64,000 bases of DNA from Planctomycetota bacterium. GTDB lineage: Bacteria; Planctomycetota; JAJSAM01; JAJVHW01. A program made the position numbers and the translations under genes. Shown here piece by piece: positions 28,950 through 38,074 of this stretch. Where the stretch lies: the NCBI GenBank assembly GCA_965248445.1, contig CBDFJG010000004.1, forward strand, positions 608,001 through 672,000. The letters are read 5' to 3'. Under the pieces are notes generated by a model. That model was not told where the DNA came from and did not search any database. It saw only the letters and a program-made list of their open reading frames with translations. Within the stretch, counting starts at the first letter, position 1; the number at the start of each line of letters is the position of its first letter.

Positions 28950-29978
28950 GTGCCCCCCCTCCGCGTCCTCCTCCTGACTCACAAGGAACTCTACGCGCGA
29001 CCCTCGCTCGACGGCTTCACCGAGCAGGAGACGCTGCCGTGGCGCACCGCGTACCAGGTGTTTCACGGCTTGTGGGCGATGGGACACGACGTGGGGCAAC
29101 TGGGGCTCGACGACAGCCTGGGACCGCTGCACAGGGAGCTCGACCGCGCGCTGCCGGACATCGTGTTCAACCTGCTCCTCGAACTGCGCGACTCGGGCGG
29201 GTACGAGCCGCACGTCGTCTCAGCGCTCGAAGCGCGCGGCGTACCGTTCACCGGTTGTAACTCCGAGGGGCTCGTGCTCACGCGCGACAAGGCGCTGTCG
29301 AAGACTCTCCTGCGCGCGCATGACGTGCCGGTGCCGGACTTCGCGGCGATCGCTCTGGGTCGCCGGGCGCGCAAGGTCCCGATCGAGTTCCCCGTGATCG
29401 TCAAGCCGAACGACGGAAGCGGATCCGTCGCGATCTCCGAGGACGCGATCGTGCACGACCAGGCCGCGTTATCCCGCCGCATCGCACTGCTGCACGACAC
29501 CTACGGACTGGGCGTGATCGTCGAGCGCTTCATCGCGGGGCGAGAACTCACAGTCGGCGTCCTCGGCAACGGCCGTCCGGAGGTGCTCCCGGTCATGGAG
29601 ACCGTGTTCGGTGATCTGCCGGAGGCCGCGCCCCGGATTCTGACAAGGCGCCTGAAGTGGGACCTGCACCACCGCCGCGAGCTGGGCGTGCAGTGCGCGC
29701 CCGCGCAGAAGCTCCGGGCGGCGGACCGGGAACGAGTGACCGCAATCGCAGAGCGCGCGTTCGGGGTCCTCCGCCTGTCCGGGTTCGCCCGCTTCGACGT
29801 CCGCTTGGCACCGGACGGCGGCGCCTTCGTCGTGGACGTCAACCCCAACCCCGACCTCGACTCGGAAGACGAGCTCGCGCTCTCCGCGACATCTGCAGGT
29901 ATGTCGCAGCACGACCTGCTGGCACGAGTGATCGACCTCGGGCTCGCCTACCGCCCCTGGTGGGCAGGCTCTCCTTGA
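28950..29978 (+). CDS. D-alanine--D-alanine ligase family (ATP-grasp) protein
   Basis: VFNL, PFTG, DKALSK, FPVIVKP, ERFIAGRELTVGVLGN, ARFDVR and DVNPNP motifs. Confidence 0.85.
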   Translation: MPPLRVLLLTHKELYARPSLDGFTEQETLPWRTAYQVFHGLWAMGHDVGQLGLDDSLGPLHRELDRALPDIVFNLLLELRDSGGYEPHVVSALEARGVPFTGCNSEGLVLTRDKALSKTLLRAHDVPVPDFAAIALGRRARKVPIEFPVIVKPNDGSGSVAISEDAIVHDQAALSRRIALLHDTYGLGVIVERFIAGRELTVGVLGNGRPEVLPVMETVFGDLPEAAPRILTRRLKWDLHHRRELGVQCAPAQKLRAADRERVTAIAERAFGVLRLSGFARFDVRLAPDGGAFVVDVNPNPDLDSEDELALSATSAGMSQHDLLARVIDLGLAYRPWWAGSP

Positions 29979-30067
29979 TCCACGCAGGGTGAGCCGATTC
30001 GGGCTCGCCCGTCGTTCTGCGCGTGTCAGAATGCGGTCGGTCCCAGTTCGAGCGGGGAGGCGCGACC

Positions 30068-30511
30068 ATGGATTGTCCACGCTGCGAGAAACAGCTGGCG
30101 GTGACGTTCTGCACCGGCGGACGCATGCTGATGTGTGCGTACTGCGGGGGAACGGCGGTCACAGTCGAGATGCTCCGCCGGTTCGCACCACAGGACCGCA
30201 TCGACGACATCTGGCGCCAGGCGAAGACCACGCGGGAGAAGAGCACCCGCGACTGCCCGAGCTGCGAAGCCAAGATGCGCCGCGTGATGTCGGAGGCCGG
30301 TGAACAGGTCGTGATCCTCGAGACCTGCGCGCTCTGTCACATCGTGTGGTTCGACGAGTCCGAGCTGAAGGCGTTCTCGCCGGACGCGACCGAGCCCTCC
30401 GAGGAGGAGAAGGTCGAGGCCGCCGATCGCCTGGGCGTGAAGGACCGCGACAACGCCGGCGACGGTGTGTGGCGATTCGCGGGACGCTTGAAGGGCCTGT
30501 TCGGCGAGTAG
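30068..30511 (+). CDS. Double zinc-ribbon (zf-TFIIB-like) protein, copy 1
   Basis: CPRC, CAYC, CPSC, and C..C..VWFD..EL motifs. Confidence 0.75.
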   Translation: MDCPRCEKQLAVTFCTGGRMLMCAYCGGTAVTVEMLRRFAPQDRIDDIWRQAKTTREKSTRDCPSCEAKMRRVMSEAGEQVVILETCALCHIVWFDESELKAFSPDATEPSEEEKVEAADRLGVKDRDNAGDGVWRFAGRLKGLFGE

Positions 30512-30536
30512 TCGTCCGCGCGCTGTGACCGGAGTC

Positions 30537-31028
30537 ATGAACTGCCCAAGCTGTGAGAAGCCGTTGGCAGTTACCTTCTGCGCGGGCGGTCGCATGCTGA
30601 TGTGTGCGTACTGCAACGGCACTGCGGTGACGATCGAGATGCTGCGCCGCTTTGCGCCCGGTGTCCGTGTGAACGACATCTGGCTGCAGGCGAAGTCGAC
30701 GCGCGAGAGAAGTGAACGCGACTGCCCGAGTTGTGAGTCCGCGATGCGGCGCGTGACCGTGAAGGCCGGCGAGCACACGGTCGTCCTCGAGACCTGCGCA
30801 CAGTGCCATGTCGTGTGGTTCGACGGAGACGAACTCCGCACGCTGTCCCCCGACGCGACGGAACCGTCCGAGGAGGAGCGACGCGCGGCGGCGAAGCGCC
30901 TCGGCATCAAGGACCACGACAGCGTGGGGTCTGGAGTCTGGCGTTTCGTAGGGCAGCTCGGACGCATGCTGTCGGAGCGTGAGGGCGTCTACGGTGAAGG
31001 CGTGCCGTGGTCCGGAGAGGTGTTCTAG
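30537..31028 (+). CDS. Double zinc-ribbon (zf-TFIIB-like) protein, copy 2
   Basis: Close tandem paralog of 30068..30511. Confidence 0.75.
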   Translation: MNCPSCEKPLAVTFCAGGRMLMCAYCNGTAVTIEMLRRFAPGVRVNDIWLQAKSTRERSERDCPSCESAMRRVTVKAGEHTVVLETCAQCHVVWFDGDELRTLSPDATEPSEEERRAAAKRLGIKDHDSVGSGVWRFVGQLGRMLSEREGVYGEGVPWSGEVF

Positions 31029-31091
31029 GGGCTGGGTCCACGGCCGCCTCGCGATGGCGCCCGCGAGGCCAGGGCGCCTAGACTGACCGGC

Positions 31092-32510
31092 GTGAAGGCA
31101 CTGCCGTTCGCGATCTCGTTCGCCGCGCTCGTCCTCGGAGCCGCGGCGGTGTGGCTCTCGCTGGCGGGCCGCGACGCCGGCCCGGACCTGACCGGTCTCG
31201 AGGCGCGCATCGCGGAGCTCGAGCGGCAACTTGGTGCGCGGGCGCCGAGGAGCCGGCCGCGCTCGGGGGCGTCGCGAGCGGCGCCCGACATCCCGGCGCG
31301 GGCGGCACCCGCGATCCCGCCGCGGGCGGCACCGGACACTCCGGATCGGGCAGCACCGAGTATGCGTACGCAGCCGGGTCCGTCCGTGAGCGGTGAGAGC
31401 GCACACGCGTTCCTCGAGGGCTGGGTGCGCTCGTTCCATGAGAACGGCGAGGGGACCGAGTTCTTCCGGCTCGGAGTCGAGGCGTTCGCGCCGGAACTGG
31501 TGAGCGACCTCGGCGCGTATCTCGCCGACGCGCGGCAGCCGGCAGGGCTCCGCCTCGCGATCGCGAAGATGCTCGGCGCCGCCCGTTTCAAGGACGACTC
31601 CCGCGCCGTGGACGCGCTGATGAACGCGCTACGAGGTGCGCCGAGCCGTGATCTGGCCGAGCAGGCGTTGCGAGGCGTCGTGCAGTCCGGCGACGTACGG
31701 CGCGCGACAGAACTCGAGGGGCTCTCCGACCGCGTGGAGGACGCCGTGTCACGCGGTCACGTGTACCGCGCGATCGCCGCGCTGGCCGGCGAACAGACGA
31801 ACGCCACTTTGCTGCGTCTGATCTCGCGCGAACGCGACACCGTGGCGCAACGTGCCATCGTCGAGAGCGTGAACGCGCAGGACGAGGACTCAGCACTCGA
31901 GATCCTGCGGCGCGCCTCGCGCGGCGACGCTTACTACCTGCGAAATCGCGCGGCGGAGAAGCTGGGGCTGTTCCGCAGCGACGCGGCGCGCCAGTTCCTC
32001 GCGGAGTGGGCGGCGCGGGAGTCGCACCAAGCCGTGAAGGCGCGGCTCAATTCGGCCGCCGCGGCGCAGAGTTCGCTGCCCAAGTACGACGCCATGCGCG
32101 CGGCAGGGCCGGCGGACGTGCCGAACCCGGCGAAGGACCATCAGAACGCGTGGTGCCCCAAGGAGCAGAACGGCGGAGAGGAATGGCTCGAGCTCGCGTA
32201 CGACGGCGCCATCGAGGCGACGCACGTCCGCGTGCACCAGGTCTACACTTGGGGAGGCGTGGTGCGCGTCGACGTGATGGACGACCGCGGCCGCTGGCAC
32301 ACGGCGTGGGAAGGCGGCGAGGTGCTGGAAGAACAGAGCGTGGCGCAGATCCCGCTCGCGGGGGTTGCTGGCGGCGTCACGCGCGTCAGGGTCGTCATCG
32401 ACACGTCGACGACGAACGGCTGGTACGAGATCGACGCCGTCGAACTCGTCGGCCGCGGCGACCGCGCCTGGGCATCCAGCGCCACGGCGAGCAGCACCTG
32501 GGGGCAGTGA
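31092..32510 (+). CDS. Membrane-anchored HEAT-repeat protein with a C-terminal discoidin/galactose-binding-like domain
   Basis: TM, Pro/Ala linker with 8-aa repeats, helical repeats, then AWCP...EWLELAY...WYEIDAVELVG. Confidence 0.72.
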   Translation: MKALPFAISFAALVLGAAAVWLSLAGRDAGPDLTGLEARIAELERQLGARAPRSRPRSGASRAAPDIPARAAPAIPPRAAPDTPDRAAPSMRTQPGPSVSGESAHAFLEGWVRSFHENGEGTEFFRLGVEAFAPELVSDLGAYLADARQPAGLRLAIAKMLGAARFKDDSRAVDALMNALRGAPSRDLAEQALRGVVQSGDVRRATELEGLSDRVEDAVSRGHVYRAIAALAGEQTNATLLRLISRERDTVAQRAIVESVNAQDEDSALEILRRASRGDAYYLRNRAAEKLGLFRSDAARQFLAEWAARESHQAVKARLNSAAAAQSSLPKYDAMRAAGPADVPNPAKDHQNAWCPKEQNGGEEWLELAYDGAIEATHVRVHQVYTWGGVVRVDVMDDRGRWHTAWEGGEVLEEQSVAQIPLAGVAGGVTRVRVVIDTSTTNGWYEIDAVELVGRGDRAWASSATASSTWGQ

Positions 32511-32511
32511 C

Positions 32512-34531
32512 ATGCGCATCGAGTTCGGAGTCCTGGCGACGACCATCGTTGGTTGCGTCTTGGCGATTCCGGGGTCGGCCCAGGACACGGCCGCCGCCAC
32601 GTACCAGGGGAAAGACGCCGCGGCGTGGGCCGCTGAACTCGTATCGGAGGACGCCGCAGCTCGGCGCAAGGGCGTGTACGGGCTGTGGCAGGTCGGCGTG
32701 GCCGCGAAGCCCCACGTGAAGGAGCTCACGATCGCGCTGCGCGACGGCGATGAGTACGTCCGCAAGACCGCCGACCGTGTGCTCGTGCGCTGGGACTGGC
32801 AGGTCGCCATCAACACGCTGACGTCGGCCCTCCCCGAGTTGATCGCGGCGCTCGGGGACGAGCGCGCGTCGGTTCGCGCAACCGCCGCGAATCTCGTCTG
32901 GCACTGTGGACCAATCCCGAACGTCTCGGGGGGCGAGCCGCCGCCGGACGATCTCGTCCCGGCACTCGTGAAAACCCTCGGAGACGCGGACGGCGCCGTT
33001 CGCGCCAACGCCGCAGCGTCGCTCGCGAACCTGGGTGACAAGGCAAAGGCGGCGTTGCCCGCCCTGCGTACGTCCGTCCGGGACGAGGACGTGAAGGTCC
33101 GGATGTGGAGTGCTCGCGCGCTGAGCTGGATCGCCCCCGACGAAGCTGTGCCATTCTTGATCGAGCTCCTCACCGACGACGACGTGGCCGCGCGCACGTC
33201 CGCCGTCGAAGGGCTGGGCGGCGCGGCACAGGAGCAGCGCGCCGCGGCCATCGCCGGACTGGAGCGCGCGCTCGCCGATGCAGCGGAACCGGTCCGGACC
33301 GCTGCGGCGAACAGCCTCTGGCAGATGAAGGACCCACGCACGCTCACGATGCTCGTGAAGGCGCTCACAGAAGACGACGCTGCGGCGGTGCGCTCCGTGG
33401 CGGCGTACGCCATCGGGGACATCGGTCAGATGGACTCACTGGCAGCCGTCACGAGCGCGCTCGCTGAGGATCCCGACCCCGCCGTGCGATCCGCAGCAGC
33501 CATCGGCATCGGCGGATTCGGCCCCGAAGGCGCGGCGGCGATCCCCGCACTGATCCGCGCACTCGGGAGCAACCAAGCGGCCGTGCGCAGCGGCGCCGCG
33601 AACGCACTCGGACGGTTGGCTGACTACGGCGACCTCGCCGTTCCCGCGCTGATCGCCGCACTCGACGAGGACGATCGCAGTGCGGACCTGATGATCTACT
33701 CGACCCTCGGCCAGATCGCGATGCACGGCACCCCGGACGATCGCATTCTGGTGGCGCTACTCGGGGGCCTGGACCGGACGGGACAGGCGCGCCAGTTCGC
33801 CATTCAGGGAGTTGTCGCGTTCGGCCCACGCGCGTGGGGCGCGGTTCCCCACCTCGTGGACGAGCTGCCGACCATGACCGACATGTTCGATCGGCGCGCC
33901 GTATACAGCGCCCTCCAGAGCATCGGATCGGACGCGGCCGAGGCGCGAGACGCACTTGCGCACGCCGTCCACACGGACGCGGAGAGCCAGATCATGGCCG
34001 CGGGGGCACTTGCGTCCGTGACCGACAGAGACAGAGACGTGACGCTCGCGCTCGGGATCCTGACCACGGCGCTCGACGATGACCGGAACGCTCTCCACGC
34101 GATCGCGACACTCGGCAAGATTGGTGCGCGCGCACGCTCGGCTGTGCCGCGCCTGCGCCAGCAGATACAGCGCGATGAGCGCTCCCGTGTGGCAGCAGCC
34201 GGTGCGCTCCTTCGCATCGAGGGCTCGAACGCACGCGACGCTCTGTGGCTACTCCGCGACGAGGTCGAGAAGAACGGGAGCCGGCAGGCAATAGGACCTG
34301 CTCGGACTGGCTGGAAAATCAGCCTCGGCAGCGGCAACCACGCTGCTGAAGATCGCTGCCGACCCTGCGGCGGACGGGCGCTCGTCAGCTCTCGATGCGC
34401 TGATTCGGATCCGGGCCGAGGGCCCCGAGGTTCGTAGCGTGTACGAGTCTGCGAGGTCGGACGCCAGTCCGTGGATCCGGACGCTCGCCGCACGAGGACT
34501 CAGGAAGCTGCCGGCGGAACGCGAGCGCTGA
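32512..34531 (+). CDS. Secreted HEAT-repeat protein, frameshifted near 34294
   Basis: Many L..AL.D....VR..AA..LG repeats; the repeat continues in the +1 frame (DLLGLAGKSASAA...WIRTLAARGLRKL) to TGA 34529-34531. Confidence 0.8.
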
Positions 34532-34543
34532 CCGCGACGCCCT

Positions 34544-35029
34544 CTACTGCTTCGGCGTCAGGATCGTGACTCCGCAGGGAGACTCGTCGCGCTGCATCGA
34601 TCCGTCGAACACGAAGTTCGTGATCGAGACGCCGCAGTTCCGGCCGTTCTTGGTGAACGGCAGGATCGCATTCGGCGGCTTCTCGAGCGCGGAGGCGTCG
34701 AGCCTCCATCCGTTCTCGCCCATCCCCGTCTTGAACCACGCAACGACCTCGGGGAACGGCGTGTCGATCGCGTGAAGAATCACGTTGTAGGCGCTGCCAC
34801 CGTCGGTGACGGCGCGGCAGGCCATGTAGTCGGCCAGCGGGACGTCGGACGGGAAGTCGCCGGGGATCGTGCAGTCGTGGTGAATGCCGCCGTCCGCGGA
34901 GATCTCGACGTTCCCGATCACGATCGTCTCGTCTGCATCCTCGGCATCCGGATCCTTGTCGCACCCGGGCACGAGCCCCGCAGCGAGGACACAAAAACCG
35001 GCCAGCCAGATCACGCGCAACACCGTCAT
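34544..35029 (-). CDS. Hypothetical lipoprotein
   Basis: Signal peptide ending LVPGC, IPGDFPSDVP motif, GGAGGTGA SD. Confidence 0.7.
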   Translation of the reverse strand: MTVLRVIWLAGFCVLAAGLVPGCDKDPDAEDADETIVIGNVEISADGGIHHDCTIPGDFPSDVPLADYMACRAVTDGGSAYNVILHAIDTPFPEVVAWFKTGMGENGWRLDASALEKPPNAILPFTKNGRNCGVSITNFVFDGSMQRDESPCGVTILTPKQ

Positions 35030-35096
35030 CAGTCACCTCCCCGTCGGAACGCGCGAAGAAGCTAGCAGACGCGCGGCTGGAGGCGGAGACCGCGGG

Positions 35097-35261
35097 TCAC
35101 TCGGAGCCGCGGGGCGGCGCCTCGAGCGCACGGACGATCTGGCGCAGCTCGCGGACCGTGTCCTCGCGGGCACGCATCGAACGCCAGCCGACCACGGCCC
35201 AGAGCACGACGATGGGCGCGAAGATCAGCAGCAACACCAACGACCCGAGTCCTGCAGCCAT
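35097..35261 (-). CDS. 54-aa single-TM small protein (not in the ORF track)
   Basis: AGGAGG SD, then MAAGLGSLVLLLIFAPIVVLWAVVGWRSMRAREDTVRELRQIVRALEAPPRGSE*. Confidence 0.65.
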   Translation of the reverse strand: MAAGLGSLVLLLIFAPIVVLWAVVGWRSMRAREDTVRELRQIVRALEAPPRGSE

Positions 35262-35351
35262 GAACCTCTCCTCCTACGGTCTGTAACTGACGTGCTCTGC
35301 CACCGGTTCAGCACCGATGACGTGCAGCCGGCGACCTGGCGCGGCCGCGGA

Positions 35352-37982
35352 TCATCGCAGCGCGAGCACATCCATGCCGAGGACGGAGACGCCGCCGCCG
35401 TCGCGATCGCGGGAACCGCCGGTCCAGACCGCGCTCCAGAACACGCGCAGAGCCGCCTTCTGACCTCGCTTGCGCTCGAACGGCGCAAGCAGGTCGATCT
35501 CCCGCTTCTCCTTGTCCAGGCGCTCCACGGCGAACGGGCAGCGGGTGAACGGCTCGCCGCTCACGGGGTCGACCAGTATTCCGCGGATCGTCTCCGGGTC
35601 GATGCCGGTGCCCCGGTACTTCAAGCGGACCCGTGCGATGAGGGGACGCCCCGCGGCGAGCGAGTTGGTGTTCAGGGACGCCTGGGCCATGCCGTGAGGG
35701 TGGTTCGGTCCGAACTCGGTCTTCACCTTCCCCGGCCACGGGTGCGAGACGATCTCGAGTGTCTCGCGGTCCAGTTCGCGCGACCGTGCAGGCGGCACAT
35801 CCAGGAGCGCGCCGAGGGCGCGCGCCTCGTGCGTCACATCGCGGTCGGTCGCGCCTGCCAGCGTCCGCCAGAGGTGCGGCCTCGCCGACATGATCTCGTA
35901 CTCGCCGAGCCATCTCGCACACGTCGCGTGCAGTTCCGGCGGTGCCGACGCTGGAGCGTACCGCGTGAGCAGCTCGTCCCGTTGCTTCGTGCTCATGAGG
36001 ACCAGGCTCGCCAGCGCGAAGCCGCGTAGTCCGGCGTTCGCGTCCTCGTCGGCCACGAACAGTTCGAGGCGCGGCAGGGCGCGAGGTTCGCCGAGCCGCG
36101 CGACGTGCGTGAGCGCGTGGAGACGGATCGGCTCGTCGAACGGGTCATCGCCGATGTCGCGCCAACGGTACTCGTCCTCTTCGTCGGGCTTCGGCGGCGG
36201 ACGATTGTCGAGCGCGTCGCCCAGCCATCCGTAGAGGGCGATTTCCGAGAGCACTCTGTGCCATCTTGCGAAGCGAGGCAGCCGCGATTCGACGGGCAGC
36301 CCCGCTATGCCGATGTCCGCCGCTTCGCCGCGGACGCTGATCGAGCGGTGTCCGGTGGCGATGATCTGGAGCCCCGGCTGCATGTCGGGGCGGTGCATCC
36401 CTTCCGGGCTGAGGTGCCACGCCAGCGACTCGAACGCACGGCCGACGTCACGGGTCATGCTGTCCCAGGCCTCGGGATACCGGCCGCCGCGCTGCGCGAA
36501 GATCTCGGCGGTCCACGCCGCGGTGGTGTCTCCGGGACCGGCGGCAGGAACGACGACCCGCGAGTCGCACCGCAGGTACGCATCACGGAATACGCGGTAC
36601 CGCTGGCCGCGCGACTCCAGCGCCCGGCGGAACAGGTGCTCCCCCGCCGCCCGGCGTGCCGCGGCCGGGCGGGTGTAGATCTCCGGCCACGTCTGGAGTC
36701 GCGGGGCCTTGGTCGGGAACCTCGCGACTTCGAAGACCGTCACGTTGTCGATCTCGAGGTCGCATCGGCCCGTCCACCTCACGCGCAACTCGGTCTTCGC
36801 GTCGGCGAGGTTCTCGAACCCGAGGAACACGTCGCTCCATTCGCCGTCGGTGACGTCGCGCGCCAATACAGTGCGCGTCGAGGCGATCGACAGCCCCTTG
36901 TTGTGGCACACGTCGACCACGAGCATCGGCCCCTCGTCAATGATCCCCGTGCAACGCACGCGGTAGCGGGCAAGGAACCGCCCCTCCGGGATGTCGTCGG
37001 TGTACGGCCCGTAGAGAACGTGGCCGGCGCCGTGATCAGACCGGGTTGCGCGCCACGCGTTCTCCGTCGCTACACCGGCGGTGTGCCCCGCGTCCTTGTG
37101 CTCTGCCTCGTAGACGAAGACGCTCTTCGTCATGCGTGTGAGAGCCGCATCGAACTGCTCGGGATCGATCCGGCGCGCGGCCTCCAGCCGTCTCGCGCGG
37201 CCCCACGCGTCCTCCGAGCGCCCGGGTCCGACCGCTGTCTCCCGTCGCAGCAAATACGGGGTGAATTCAGCACCTCGAAGATGCCCCTCGAAGCTCGGTC
37301 CGGCGGCCTCACCCGCCGCCACACGAAGCCACGGGTCCGCCTCCTCCCCAAGCAGACGCACGAGTTCGCGCGCGAGTTCGACGCGCTGGTTGACCTGCAC
37401 CGTCTCGTCGAGAATCAGCTCGCCGAGCAAAGGGATCACTGCGCGGTCGCCGAGCCGCCCAAGTGCCAGCAGTGCGTGGAGGCGATGTGGCTCGATCAGT
37501 CGGCCACGCCAGCCGGACTCGGGGACGTACCGCCCCGCGCCGTCCCAGCCGAGAGCGGCCCAGAGGAACAGGAGATGCGGCCACCGATTGGACTCCGGCA
37601 GCTTCGCGACGTCGACCCGCTTGCGACCGACCAGGCCATCGTGCCGGGGGACTGACGGCCGCGCGCCGCAGAGGTCCTGCACGGCGGCGTGCCACGCGGC
37701 ATCGAGCGGCGTCGCGGCATCGCCGGCGTCCATGCGTTCGAGCAGCCCCTGCGCGACACGCCGCGGGAGCTCCTCCGGATCCTTCGCCCGGCTCGACAAC
37801 TCGGCACGCGCAACGTCACCGAGAGCGAAAAAGTCCTCCCGCAAAACAACGTGGTCGCGGCCGGGCGTCGTGAGCACGATGTCTGCCAGCACGACCGTTG
37901 CGTCGTCGCCGTCTCCGGCGGCAGCGAGCGCCGGCAGCAACGCCAGCGCCCCGCACAGCAGGCTGCTTCTGACCCTGGACAC
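35352..37982 (-). CDS. Large secreted protein with HEAT-like repeats and beta-sandwich (CBM-like) modules
   Basis: Signal peptide, YGPY..IPEG.F.ARY module, helical repeats. Confidence 0.6.
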   Translation of the reverse strand: MSRVRSSLLCGALALLPALAAAGDGDDATVVLADIVLTTPGRDHVVLREDFFALGDVARAELSSRAKDPEELPRRVAQGLLERMDAGDAATPLDAAWHAAVQDLCGARPSVPRHDGLVGRKRVDVAKLPESNRWPHLLFLWAALGWDGAGRYVPESGWRGRLIEPHRLHALLALGRLGDRAVIPLLGELILDETVQVNQRVELARELVRLLGEEADPWLRVAAGEAAGPSFEGHLRGAEFTPYLLRRETAVGPGRSEDAWGRARRLEAARRIDPEQFDAALTRMTKSVFVYEAEHKDAGHTAGVATENAWRATRSDHGAGHVLYGPYTDDIPEGRFLARYRVRCTGIIDEGPMLVVDVCHNKGLSIASTRTVLARDVTDGEWSDVFLGFENLADAKTELRVRWTGRCDLEIDNVTVFEVARFPTKAPRLQTWPEIYTRPAAARRAAGEHLFRRALESRGQRYRVFRDAYLRCDSRVVVPAAGPGDTTAAWTAEIFAQRGGRYPEAWDSMTRDVGRAFESLAWHLSPEGMHRPDMQPGLQIIATGHRSISVRGEAADIGIAGLPVESRLPRFARWHRVLSEIALYGWLGDALDNRPPPKPDEEDEYRWRDIGDDPFDEPIRLHALTHVARLGEPRALPRLELFVADEDANAGLRGFALASLVLMSTKQRDELLTRYAPASAPPELHATCARWLGEYEIMSARPHLWRTLAGATDRDVTHEARALGALLDVPPARSRELDRETLEIVSHPWPGKVKTEFGPNHPHGMAQASLNTNSLAAGRPLIARVRLKYRGTGIDPETIRGILVDPVSGEPFTRCPFAVERLDKEKREIDLLAPFERKRGQKAALRVFWSAVWTGGSRDRDGGGVSVLGMDVLALR

Positions 37983-38074
37983 GTCCGCTCTGGCTCCCTC
38001 GCGCCTCTGCATCGTACCCGCACGGGTGGAACGCGAGCGTCACACGCACGCAACGGGCGAGGGGACGATGGGCT

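Noticed and set aside
28950..29978. Calling this gene ddl or a van-type resistance ligase
   Set aside because: The N-terminus is divergent and there is no cell-wall or van gene context, so only the ATP-grasp family call is supported.
31274..31358. 24-bp imperfect repeats (RAAP.IP.) and the 15-bp AEDP repeats at about 16880-16920
   Set aside because: Ordinary low-complexity linkers in exported proteins.
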